From a virus (taxonomy: Duplodnaviria > Caudoviricetes): a DNA stretch of 64,000 nt. Shown piece by piece: positions 17,865 through 26,619 of this stretch. The position numbers and the translations under genes were made by a program. The notes under the pieces are model-generated. The model made no database searches. It had not been told where the DNA came from and saw only the letters and a list, made by a program, of their open reading frames with translations. The stretch spans positions 96,001 through 160,000 of the IMG/VR virus record IMGVR_UViG_3300028588_000015; one strand, 5' to 3'. The stretch's first letter is position 1, and every line of letters starts with the position of its first letter.

Positions 17865-17961
17865 CTATCACCACAAGTCGATGCTTGTGCTTGTATTAAC
17901 TTCCCCCTCGCTCGGTGACATCGATAGCCGAGTCTTTTTTCTTATCATTACAAACTCTCCT

Positions 17962-18636
17962 ATGAACTTTCATCCTATCGTAACACCGTACGGCCGCCTC
18001 ACTATCGTCCCGCCCGATATGCCAGTCTATAACCCGCATGACATCCCAAATGCGATCATTCGCCTGACCAGGCATGACGGTGCAGATGAATCAACCGATC
18101 TCATGTTACCGTACAAGATCACCGGCATGAACCGCACCAACGTCAATAGTCAACGCGTGGTGCATGCCCTGACTGGACTTGTTAATGCGCAGATCGAAAG
18201 CCGGGAATTTGTAGCAGTCTATGGTCAATGCAGCCTTGGCAGTAAAAATAGGCAGTTGGCACGTGTGGGCGCAGCACTACAGCAGTCGCTGCCGGGTCGT
18301 ACAGGTATCCATTACCGCATCATGGACCCCGCCGCAAAAGACCGCGAGGTACGTAATTACCTCGTCTGCGCGGTGGTCAACGGGGTGGAGTTCCGTACTT
18401 GGCCTGACGAAGAAGAATACAAGAGCAAGACCAACAATGCCGTCCGCACCGAGATTCACGGCACCTGCCAAATCTTCGGCCGAAAAACGCGCTGCACACT
18501 CAAGCACGATTTCTTTTCGCTTGACTTGTTCTCGCCTGAAAAATGGGAAGAAGTCACGATGAAGCGTGTGAACGAATACTTTCCCTTCCTGTATGGTACC
18601 GGCCTGTTCAGTGACCTGATGTTCTCGGTCGGCTAA
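17962..18636 (+). CDS. Hypothetical protein
   Basis: Long ORF; start uncertain (17881 or 17962). Confidence 0.7.
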   Translation: MNFHPIVTPYGRLTIVPPDMPVYNPHDIPNAIIRLTRHDGADESTDLMLPYKITGMNRTNVNSQRVVHALTGLVNAQIESREFVAVYGQCSLGSKNRQLARVGAALQQSLPGRTGIHYRIMDPAAKDREVRNYLVCAVVNGVEFRTWPDEEEYKSKTNNAVRTEIHGTCQIFGRKTRCTLKHDFFSLDLFSPEKWEEVTMKRVNEYFPFLYGTGLFSDLMFSVG

Positions 18637-18736
18637 GCTTTTCGGTTATCTGCTCCGCGAGTGGTTCACTCGCTTTGATGCCCTGTAGTTCGGGGCATCT
18701 TTTTTCTTTGGTTATTTGAAACAGGATTCAAGTCCT

Positions 18737-18754
18737 TTACAGTCACATATAACC
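18737..18754 (+). promoter_or_regulatory. Putative phage promoter motif copy
   Basis: TTACAGTCACATATAACC just after terminator hairpin at ~18678-18708. Confidence 0.6.
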
Positions 18755-18805
18755 TGCCTGTACTGAGTCCAGTATTTCTATTAACCGTAAAGAAAGGAAG
18801 TAATC

Positions 18806-19087
18806 ATGAGCCAAGCCGCCGACCGTAACCTGACCTCCCATGACCTACTGCACGTTGGTATGTCGATGTTCGTATTCGGAAGCACCGACCAAAAACGCCT
18901 GCCGCCGTACATCCAAAATCAAGTGCGTGACGCCCGCGTCAACGAACTGAAAGCCAAGCAAGAACGTCTGCAAAATGCCGAGTGGACCATACCACGTTCG
19001 CTCTCTAAGGAAGAAGCCGAGGAACTCAAGACCCTGGAAGCCGAACAAGCTGCCAACCCCACCCGTACCCTTGCCGTCAAGCCGTAA
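18806..19087 (+). CDS. Hypothetical protein
   Basis: 93-aa ORF with AAAGGAAG RBS. Confidence 0.75.
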   Translation: MSQAADRNLTSHDLLHVGMSMFVFGSTDQKRLPPYIQNQVRDARVNELKAKQERLQNAEWTIPRSLSKEEAEELKTLEAEQAANPTRTLAVKP

Positions 19088-19194
19088 CGCTGTGAACCTC
19101 AGGAGTGACCCAATCGGGTCCTCCTGCTCGGGTAGTCATTTACTCAGTGATTGCCTTAGTTTTTTCTTGTTTGTTGACACAAAGGAAGTACATC

Positions 19195-19566
19195 ATGAAA
19201 GACAATATCCTTGCACAGATGAAAATCTGCTTGGCCGCTTTATTAACGGTCTGCACTGTCGTCATGTTTTTCAGTGGTCCACCGGGCGTCTTAGCGCTGT
19301 GTTATATATTCATGCCGTGGGTCAAGAGCACCTACAATTACGAACTCGCTTACGACCCGCAGTATTTTGCGGTCACCGACACATTCCAAAACGTATTGAC
19401 GGCCTCACTCGCCGTTGGCGTAGCGCTATTATTGGCGCGCATTGGATCGACCCATCCACGTTTCCGCTGGTGGGCGCATTTTGCTGTTTTAATGACGGCA
19501 GTAGTGACCATGGTCTTGATGCTGTGGAGTATTGGTCAAGGCGCAATTAAAACAGGTAGTTTTTAA
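19195..19566 (+). CDS. Multi-pass membrane protein
   Basis: About 3-4 hydrophobic segments; directly upstream of the BCS1-like ATPase. Confidence 0.7.
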   Translation: MKDNILAQMKICLAALLTVCTVVMFFSGPPGVLALCYIFMPWVKSTYNYELAYDPQYFAVTDTFQNVLTASLAVGVALLLARIGSTHPRFRWWAHFAVLMTAVVTMVLMLWSIGQGAIKTGSF

Positions 19567-19584
19567 AGAAAAGGGAAAATCATC

Positions 19585-20865
19585 ATGCAGTCAACTTCGT
19601 TAATGAATGTCATCAGTCATTCGTCCAGTATCTGGACCATGCTTAGCAGTTTGTTACTGCTCTCCGGTGCTGGTTTACTCACCTACGCATTGCGGCGCAT
19701 TCCTAGTAAGATCGGCCGTTTTCTTTTGGCCCGCTTTACGGTCAGCCTGACGATGCATACGGCTGATCCGACTAGTACCATGATTTCGCAATCCTTTTTC
19801 ACTTGGTACATGAACAGCGCGGCGTCTAGACACATGCGGCGGTTCAGCTACGACACTGGTTGGAAAGATCGCGAACGGAATATGTCTGGCTCTGGACCTC
19901 GGCCTAACTCGGGCGTGTTCGCACCAGGTGTCGGGATTCATTTTTTCATGTTCAAGGGTACGCTGGCGTGGTTTACGCGCGAACGCAGCGCTAATTCGCT
20001 TAGCCCGAATACCCATGAAGTGGAAATCTATTTTGCAGGCACGCGCCGGCGGATTATCGAAGACTTCCTAGAAGAAATCAAACCAAAAGTCGACCGGCGC
20101 GATGTGCCGATCTACACACTTGGTCGCAAATACGGGGAAGCGAAGTGGGCCATGAGCCGCGTCAAGCGTAAACGCCAACTGGATTCGGTGGTCATTCGTC
20201 ACGACATCAAAGACATGGTTGTCAACACGATTGACGACTTTTACAAGCGCGAGCATTGGTATCTCGAACGCGGTATCACGTACAAACTGTCCTTTATCCT
20301 TCATGGGCAACCAGGTACCGGCAAAAGCAGTTTCATCTTCGCGCTGGCGTCGCACTTCAATCGTCCGGTGTATATGGTGAACATGAACGCACTGAACGAT
20401 ACCACCTTTCAATCTGTGCTCGATGAGGTAGGTGAAAACGCTTTCATCGTGATCGAGGATGTGGACGTCGGCACAGCCACCGCTGAGCGGGAAGAGGAAC
20501 CAGTCACCTTGGAAAAAGTAGTCAAGAACGGGGAAGAAAAGAAACAAGCCATTTCGATGAGCACGATTTTGAATACGCTTGACGGCATTGCCTCACTCAC
20601 GGGCAATGTGATTTTCCTGTCCACCAACCACTTGCAGAATCTCGACCGTGCATTGACCCGCCGTGGCCGGATTGACCACATCATCGAAATACCACCAATG
20701 CGCCACGAAGAAATTCAAGAATATGCGAGTTTGATGTACGAAAAAGAAGTCTTCCCGGTAGGCATCCACTTCAAGGACATGCCAGGCAGTGACGTCCAAG
20801 GGATTTTCTTGGACCACAAGGAAGACTTCGATGGCTTCGTGGCCGATATGTTGAAACACCAATAA
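19585..20865 (+). CDS. BCS1-like membrane-anchored AAA+ ATPase
   Basis: N-terminal TM; LDSVVI...WYLERGITYKLSFILHGQPGTGKSS (Walker A), IVIEDVD (Walker B), LNTLDG, STNH..LDRALTRRGRID. Confidence 0.9.
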   Translation: MQSTSLMNVISHSSSIWTMLSSLLLLSGAGLLTYALRRIPSKIGRFLLARFTVSLTMHTADPTSTMISQSFFTWYMNSAASRHMRRFSYDTGWKDRERNMSGSGPRPNSGVFAPGVGIHFFMFKGTLAWFTRERSANSLSPNTHEVEIYFAGTRRRIIEDFLEEIKPKVDRRDVPIYTLGRKYGEAKWAMSRVKRKRQLDSVVIRHDIKDMVVNTIDDFYKREHWYLERGITYKLSFILHGQPGTGKSSFIFALASHFNRPVYMVNMNALNDTTFQSVLDEVGENAFIVIEDVDVGTATAEREEEPVTLEKVVKNGEEKKQAISMSTILNTLDGIASLTGNVIFLSTNHLQNLDRALTRRGRIDHIIEIPPMRHEEIQEYASLMYEKEVFPVGIHFKDMPGSDVQGIFLDHKEDFDGFVADMLKHQ

Positions 20866-20887
20866 ACTTTAAGAAAGAGGAAAGAAC

Positions 20888-21469
20888 ATGAGCAATATCG
20901 ATAAACTGATTCACGAGTCGGCGCTCAAAAAGATCAAAGCTGGCATCGCCAAGCGTGGCTTTGAATGCGTGACATTCATCTCGGATGAAAACGGTGAACA
21001 ACACCCGTACCACTATAGCGTGGGCTTGGCTGCCATGGGATTTGCCGAAATCTTCATCTCTGGCCGGCTGCCGCAAGAAACGGCCTACGCCTTCATCGAA
21101 AAGATGGTGGACACCTGGAAAGCCGAGAAAGGCGTGATGCTCGGTAAATTCGGCCCGTTCAAACGGCTGGTCGAAAAGGTGGCCCACAAAATGGTCAGCC
21201 GCAAGGCCACCGTAGTCGGTCACTTCCCGGCTGTTGCACGGCAGCGTAACGGTGCGGCTATCCCGATGACGGTACGCTGGGTATCGGTGGATGAACGTCG
21301 CCAAGCCGCCCCAAGTTTCATGTCGTTCGTCTACGAAGTGTTCCCGGACCAAAAGAACATCCCGGTGGTCCAGTTGCTGTGGCCGGATGACCATGGCCAA
21401 CTGCCAGACTCGCCGCATTACACAGGTGACGAAGAGTACAAGCAAGAGTTGCTGCCGGTTCGAACATAA
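20888..21469 (+). CDS. DUF4262-like protein
   Basis: YHYSVGL...AEIFISG and VVQLLWPDDHGQLP motifs. Confidence 0.6.
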   Translation: MSNIDKLIHESALKKIKAGIAKRGFECVTFISDENGEQHPYHYSVGLAAMGFAEIFISGRLPQETAYAFIEKMVDTWKAEKGVMLGKFGPFKRLVEKVAHKMVSRKATVVGHFPAVARQRNGAAIPMTVRWVSVDERRQAAPSFMSFVYEVFPDQKNIPVVQLLWPDDHGQLPDSPHYTGDEEYKQELLPVRT

Positions 21470-21478
21470 AGGAAAAAC

Positions 21479-21874
21479 ATGGCTTCCTACTATGAAGAAT
21501 TGGTAGACGAAGTCGGTCGGGGTGTGGCGACTATCATCGGCACCCCTGATACGGTGATTCGCTATCAATTGCAACCAGCGCGTGTTTTATTGTTTTTGAT
21601 CACTAGCGAGGACATGCGTGTCCGTATGGGTGCTGGCCATTTGAAGATGCGCGATCTGGGTTACTATGTGGTACTTCGCCCTACCTCAACTGCCGGCTAT
21701 GATCCTTTGGTATATCCATTCGAAGTGGAATACACGACCGGCCAGGAGATCAAGGGTGACCCGATGATTGTCGGGACATACTCCGAAGAAATCCTCGACA
21801 GAGTCATCGGTTATGTGGCGCGATACCTGACCACGGGTCAACACCCAAACTTGGAAAAAACCATGATTAATTAA
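21479..21874 (+). CDS. Hypothetical protein
   Basis: 131-aa ORF with AAGGA RBS. Confidence 0.75.
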   Translation: MASYYEELVDEVGRGVATIIGTPDTVIRYQLQPARVLLFLITSEDMRVRMGAGHLKMRDLGYYVVLRPTSTAGYDPLVYPFEVEYTTGQEIKGDPMIVGTYSEEILDRVIGYVARYLTTGQHPNLEKTMIN

Positions 21875-21886
21875 GGAATAAAGAAC

Positions 21887-22393
21887 ATGAATAAAGAAGA
21901 AAGCAATAAGAAAGAAGATAAAGACATGGCGGACAAACTGCAAGACATGCTTTTTGGCTGGGGCTTATATCTCCAGTATAAAGAGTGTATCGACCATCTT
22001 CTCCAGCTGTACGAAGTGTGGTGCGAAGAGAAAGTGTCCATCAGATTGTTCAGGGAGTACCTCGCGGCCGATCCTGACTTAGTGCGGGCAAGCTTTAAAC
22101 TCATGCATGTAGCGCATGAGTACGACTCAACAATCGCCCAGGCTACAATCAAAGCCGCGATCGACAACATGATTCACAGCGCGATCGGTTCTCGGTGTCG
22201 TGAATTGGACAAGCTGGGAAACTTTCCAATCTACACACTTTCTGTGGACAAAAAAACGTTCAGACTGGAAGTGGTAGGGTACCACTGGACGATGGTCGAT
22301 ACGCAGGGGCGTTTTCTCTTGGTAAAAACAGGGAACTACTTCCTGTCGAAAGAACATGCCCAAGCAGCAATTGCCCGCGCACTTGAGGAATAA
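21887..22393 (+). CDS. Hypothetical protein
   Basis: 168-aa ORF. Confidence 0.7.
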   Translation: MNKEESNKKEDKDMADKLQDMLFGWGLYLQYKECIDHLLQLYEVWCEEKVSIRLFREYLAADPDLVRASFKLMHVAHEYDSTIAQATIKAAIDNMIHSAIGSRCRELDKLGNFPIYTLSVDKKTFRLEVVGYHWTMVDTQGRFLLVKTGNYFLSKEHAQAAIARALEE

Positions 22394-22489
22394 CGTGTGA
22401 AGAAATACGGGTGCTCTGTAGATATTGAATGCTAGGCAGTAATTAAAATAGCGCAGAGCACCTCTTTCTTTCTCATCTCTAGGAGCATT

Positions 22490-22909
22490 ATGTCCGAAGC
22501 CATCACTCCGACCGATCTCGCAAAACGCATCAGTTTCATCGATGCCGCGCGGTCGCTGCAATCCTACATCGGGAACAACAACCCGACCCAATTGCCGCTG
22601 CTGATCGTTTACAGCCAAGACCAGAAGCGCATGTACATCGGTATCGTGAAACCCGGCTTCACGCCCGGCCCGATTCGGGACAATAAGTTCGCGGTTCGCG
22701 GTCATGTCTTCATCGTGTTCGATGCCAGCGAACTCTACCCCGATACCCCGATGGGCGTCATCTTCGATGATGAAAACCTCACCGAAGACCCGTCCAACGA
22801 GGTGCGCTATTACACGACACTTGACACAGTGGTCATGGGCAACACAGCAATGGCATATCTGGGCCTGATCGACGACAGTTCGCTGGCACCGGCAGGCCCC
22901 AGCGCGTAA
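22490..22909 (+). CDS. Hypothetical protein
   Basis: 139-aa ORF, AGGAG RBS; terminator at 22924-22955. Confidence 0.8.
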   Translation: MSEAITPTDLAKRISFIDAARSLQSYIGNNNPTQLPLLIVYSQDQKRMYIGIVKPGFTPGPIRDNKFAVRGHVFIVFDASELYPDTPMGVIFDDENLTEDPSNEVRYYTTLDTVVMGNTAMAYLGLIDDSSLAPAGPSA

Positions 22910-23025
22910 ATACCACATACAACACGGCTAGGGTTACCCCTAGCCGTTATGCCGGATTCGTAAAAGATACTAGGTTAATTTAACTATGGGACGAGACACC
23001 GTCCGCAAAAAAAGAGGATAGAACA

Positions 23026-24054
23026 ATGAATGAAAATCGTAACCCTAAATTGGGTGTGTTTGTCGACGGTGTGCTTGCCTACTTACACCAACCGGCACAA
23101 CAACCCAAGCAACATGTGGCGGTGTCGTACAACGCGGACAACGACACCTACTGGTTTGTGTTGCAAAAAGAAGCAACACTGGTTGAAAACAAAACCAAAA
23201 CCGAACTGGAAAGCATGCGCGGCAAGCTTCCTCGGTTAGTCCAACTGGGGTACGTGGAAAACAACTCCGCCAAGCCTTTCCTTTTGCTTTTCATGAATGA
23301 ACGCGGCCCCTACAGCGACGGTACACCGCACACCCTCCCTTGCGCATCTTGCGACATAACCCAATCGCGCGACGCCATGAAGAGCATCTACAATTACTTA
23401 GTCGGTGGTCTCTTTACGCCGTCCTTAAGTTACGGAGCATACCGTCCCAGAGGGGCGGCCGACCCCAGTGTCGAGTATGTGAAAACAACAGACGCTGAGC
23501 CAGCAGTCATTGCTGCCCGGCGAGAACTCAAACAGAATCTGATGCGTGCCCAGCGCACCCGACTCATGACACGTGAACGCGCTATTTTCGCTGCCACGTA
23601 TTTCCTCGACTACTCCGGGTGGGAACCGTATAACAACGAGGACTACACCAAAGAAGAACTGGACGCCATCGAAGAAAGGTTCGAAAAGAATAGTATTCCC
23701 AAGTACAGTGAAGACATCAATGCGCAGCAGCGTCTTGCTATTTATCTTGTTCTGAACGACGCCATGAATGTGAACCATGCACTCCATGCGCAGATGCTCG
23801 CGCCAGTATTACTGGGTGCCAGTGTTCACGGGTTACGACTACGGACCCAATTGAAGAACCTCCTGACGTGGCATGGCATTTATTTTGTTGGCCAATTGAC
23901 TGAACGATTTGCCCACGAACTCATCCGGGCCGACGGTATTGGTAAAACGTCGATCGCGCAAATCGAACGCGAATTAGAGCGTGTCGGCCTGTCACTCAAG
24001 AAAACCCCCCTTCCCTTTAAAATTACTTCAAAAAGGAACAGAAAAAATGGCTGA
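23026..24054 (+). CDS. Protein with C-terminal RNA polymerase alpha-CTD-like domain
   Basis: LRLRTQLKNLLTWHGIYFVGQLTERFAHELIRADGIGKTSIAQIERELERVGLSL vs RpoA CTD [55 protein letters not shown] (recalled). Confidence 0.75.
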   Translation: MNENRNPKLGVFVDGVLAYLHQPAQQPKQHVAVSYNADNDTYWFVLQKEATLVENKTKTELESMRGKLPRLVQLGYVENNSAKPFLLLFMNERGPYSDGTPHTLPCASCDITQSRDAMKSIYNYLVGGLFTPSLSYGAYRPRGAADPSVEYVKTTDAEPAVIAARRELKQNLMRAQRTRLMTRERAIFAATYFLDYSGWEPYNNEDYTKEELDAIEERFEKNSIPKYSEDINAQQRLAIYLVLNDAMNVNHALHAQMLAPVLLGASVHGLRLRTQLKNLLTWHGIYFVGQLTERFAHELIRADGIGKTSIAQIERELERVGLSLKKTPLPFKITSKRNRKNG

Positions 24055-24847
24055 TACACCCTACAATCCAGATCGAGACCGGCAATTGATTCCCCACCAC
24101 TTACGTACCGTGCTAGCGGCAGCATGCTATAGCGTCATGAACATCGACAATGCTAGGACCCACGTGGGCGAAGCCCGTGAAGTTCTGGCGATGAACGCAC
24201 GCAAAGTGCCGGTCTGGGTGGACGAACTCACACCCGAGCAATGCACCATACTCCATGAATTCGTGGAGAGTAACAAGATTCCCGAAGGGTTCAAACGCCT
24301 GTCGCACGCGGTCCGGGCGGTCATCGCACAGAACTACTTCGACTGGGTGGTGGTCCTGTCAGCGCATGAAGAAGACCAGGTCATCGAGGCCAATGCAATG
24401 GATGCCATGGGTGTGCCGATGTTCGAGCATCAACTCAACAAGACGCAGCGCGAATATCTCGCACTTAACCCACTCGTCGAGATGGGAAGCGAACCCATCA
24501 AAAAGATACTCGCTGCGCCGGCGCCGTTGGAATCGCCCGAGGCCGTCGTCAAGAAAATGGCTGAGGCACTCACGACCGATCAACTCGACGATCTCATCGG
24601 CATCCTGAACCTGCGGCGTTCCGCTGTCAGTCACAACGCACAAAACGAACCGGGCAAGAAGTATGAGCTGCTCACCTGGGAACCGGACGAACAGGGCTTC
24701 ATTTCCGATGAACCGACCGTCGTCAGCAGCCATGCGACGCCTGACGAAGCCGATCTGGCAATGGAGCGCTTCAATGCCCGCCAAGTGTTCGCCGACATTT
24801 TGCTGTTCCAGAAAGACCTGAAAGAAGGTGGACGTGATGCTCAATGA
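24047..24847 (+). CDS. Hypothetical protein
   Basis: ATG at 24047 after AAGGA; overlaps upstream stop. Confidence 0.75.
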   Translation: MADTPYNPDRDRQLIPHHLRTVLAAACYSVMNIDNARTHVGEAREVLAMNARKVPVWVDELTPEQCTILHEFVESNKIPEGFKRLSHAVRAVIAQNYFDWVVVLSAHEEDQVIEANAMDAMGVPMFEHQLNKTQREYLALNPLVEMGSEPIKKILAAPAPLESPEAVVKKMAEALTTDQLDDLIGILNLRRSAVSHNAQNEPGKKYELLTWEPDEQGFISDEPTVVSSHATPDEADLAMERFNARQVFADILLFQKDLKEGGRDAQ

Positions 24848-25238
24848 AAGTCATATCGCCGCGCTTTGGGATCTTTTGCAAGAGCGCGCACCGCTGCGGG
24901 TCATTCGTAATGACGAAGATTACGCGGCAGTAAAAGCGACGGCCGATAGTCTGGCCGACCTAGTGGGGGATGATGTAAGCCATCCTCTCTTCCCGATGTT
25001 TGATTTGGCGATGGCCTTGATCGACAAGTGGAAAGAGTCCATCACGATTCCGGATGTCAAATCTAAATACGTTTTGATGCACTTGATGTTCGAGCATAAC
25101 CTGGCGCCGGCCCAGATGAAAGACATTGCTTCCGAGTCCCACATCATGGCGATTTTGAAAGGCAGTCGCCCCATCAGTAGCCGCTTGGCTAAAAAGTTGA
25201 CCAAGCGGTTTAATGTCGGTATCTCGGCATTCATTTAA
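24837..25238 (+). CDS. higA: HigA-like antitoxin / HTH regulator (orphan)
   Basis: IRNDEDYAAV, HPLFPMFDLAMALIDKWKE, LMHLMFEHNL..AQM.DIASESHIMAILKGSRPISSRLAKKLTKRFNVGISAFI parallel E. coli-type HigA (IQNEEQY...LSGKRKLTLEHAKKLATRFGISPALFI, recalled). Confidence 0.8.
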   Translation: MLNESHIAALWDLLQERAPLRVIRNDEDYAAVKATADSLADLVGDDVSHPLFPMFDLAMALIDKWKESITIPDVKSKYVLMHLMFEHNLAPAQMKDIASESHIMAILKGSRPISSRLAKKLTKRFNVGISAFI

Positions 25239-25262
25239 CTATCATAGAAAGAGGAAAGTACT

Positions 25263-25721
25263 ATGCTGAAAGTACAAGAACAAAACAACAACGAGTCGAT
25301 CCCGCAATACGTACGCGGCATCGTGGCGACCGTTATCGAAGAACTCAAGGGCGAGGAGAACGGCGAACTGCTGGTCAATCACAATATCGGTTCGCAGCAT
25401 ACCTGGCTGATGTTCTCCCTCGGCAACAATGAACATCACTACGTGGCCAAGCTGTCGCATGTCGTGTATCCAGAAGAAACGCTCGTCACTGTCTTCGAAG
25501 ACCGGCGCGATCCGAAGGTCATCCCGATGGAGGCAGGGAAACACCCTATTGTTCTTCCGACGACCAAGACCCGTCATTATCAGCCGAAGAAATACTTCGG
25601 CATGAGCGAACGCGGCGGCCTGAACAGCGCCGTCTACGTGACCGATGTGACGCGGCGCGATGAATCGTTCATGCCGGCCGACATCATCGGTTTCCTCCGC
25701 CACGGCGTGATGCCGAATTAA
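25263..25721 (+). CDS. Hypothetical protein
   Basis: 152-aa ORF, GAGGAAAG RBS. Confidence 0.8.
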   Translation: MLKVQEQNNNESIPQYVRGIVATVIEELKGEENGELLVNHNIGSQHTWLMFSLGNNEHHYVAKLSHVVYPEETLVTVFEDRRDPKVIPMEAGKHPIVLPTTKTRHYQPKKYFGMSERGGLNSAVYVTDVTRRDESFMPADIIGFLRHGVMPN

Positions 25722-25755
25722 TTTCAACCGCAGTCAACCACAGAGGAGTATTACC

Positions 25756-26268
25756 ATGACCATCGATAACAAAGAGAACGCACCACAAGAACCGATTCGC
25801 ATCATCGTGACGGGTCCCAGCGCCTCAGGCAAAACAGCGATCGTGGGCCTGATCGCTGAATTACTCGAGCGCACGGCGGGATTCACTGACATCGTCATCA
25901 CGAACCCAGAAGAAACGTTGAGTGGTATCCGGGAAAAGATGTCCGCGCTCGTCTCGGGCGAAATGAACGCCGTCTTCGATGTCTGCTCGCGCGCGGTCGA
26001 AATCTCGGAAACCGGGCCGCTGACATACGGTCTCGAACAAGACTTCCGCGGTCATGAACGAGCTACCGGTATCGCCTACCATGTGTGGGCGGGCGAGGAC
26101 GCCGGCAAAATGGTTTCGTCCAGGGAAGCGATGGATGCGGCACAGGGGGTCGCTGAAAAGATCGACAGCGTCGATTCGGCGACCAATAACTTCGACAACA
26201 ACGTCAACATCTGTAACCAATGGGCGATTCGCCAGGAGCATCTCGACAACTACGACGTAAAGAAATAA
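25756..26268 (+). CDS. Small P-loop protein (possible relative of paralog family B)
   Basis: IRIIVTGPSASGKT Walker A then IAELLE..AGF. Confidence 0.65.
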   Translation: MTIDNKENAPQEPIRIIVTGPSASGKTAIVGLIAELLERTAGFTDIVITNPEETLSGIREKMSALVSGEMNAVFDVCSRAVEISETGPLTYGLEQDFRGHERATGIAYHVWAGEDAGKMVSSREAMDAAQGVAEKIDSVDSATNNFDNNVNICNQWAIRQEHLDNYDVKK

Positions 26269-26281
26269 GTAATCAAAAGAA

Positions 26282-26299
26282 TTACGGGCACATATCACC
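26282..26299 (+). promoter_or_regulatory. Putative phage promoter motif copy
   Basis: TTACGGGCACATATCACC, near-identical to the copy at 15943. Confidence 0.6.
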
Positions 26300-26363
26300 T
26301 AAGGGTAAGTGTAACCCACTTACTCTTGGGGTTTTTTAACAATCACAAAGAAGGGGAAGTATC

Positions 26364-26585
26364 ATGGCACTGACAATTGAAAATGGCGACAAATTCCGTA
26401 AAGCGCTGGCGGACAAGAAAATGACGCAAGGCGATTTGCATATTGCGATCGCTACGTATGTCGAAAAGAAAATCCATGCGGTTTCGCAGCGCGTGACAGC
26501 TGCGCACAATCTGCGTAAAGAACTGAGCCGAGGCGTGATGTCGGACAAGGTCCTCGCCAAGGGTCTCAAGATTATCGGCGCTTAA
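26364..26585 (+). CDS. Small basic hypothetical protein
   Basis: 73-aa ORF with AAGGGG RBS. Confidence 0.75.
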   Translation: MALTIENGDKFRKALADKKMTQGDLHIAIATYVEKKIHAVSQRVTAAHNLRKELSRGVMSDKVLAKGLKIIGA

Positions 26586-26619
26586 TTCAACAACCAATTA
26601 GAAAGAAAGAAAAAAGAAC

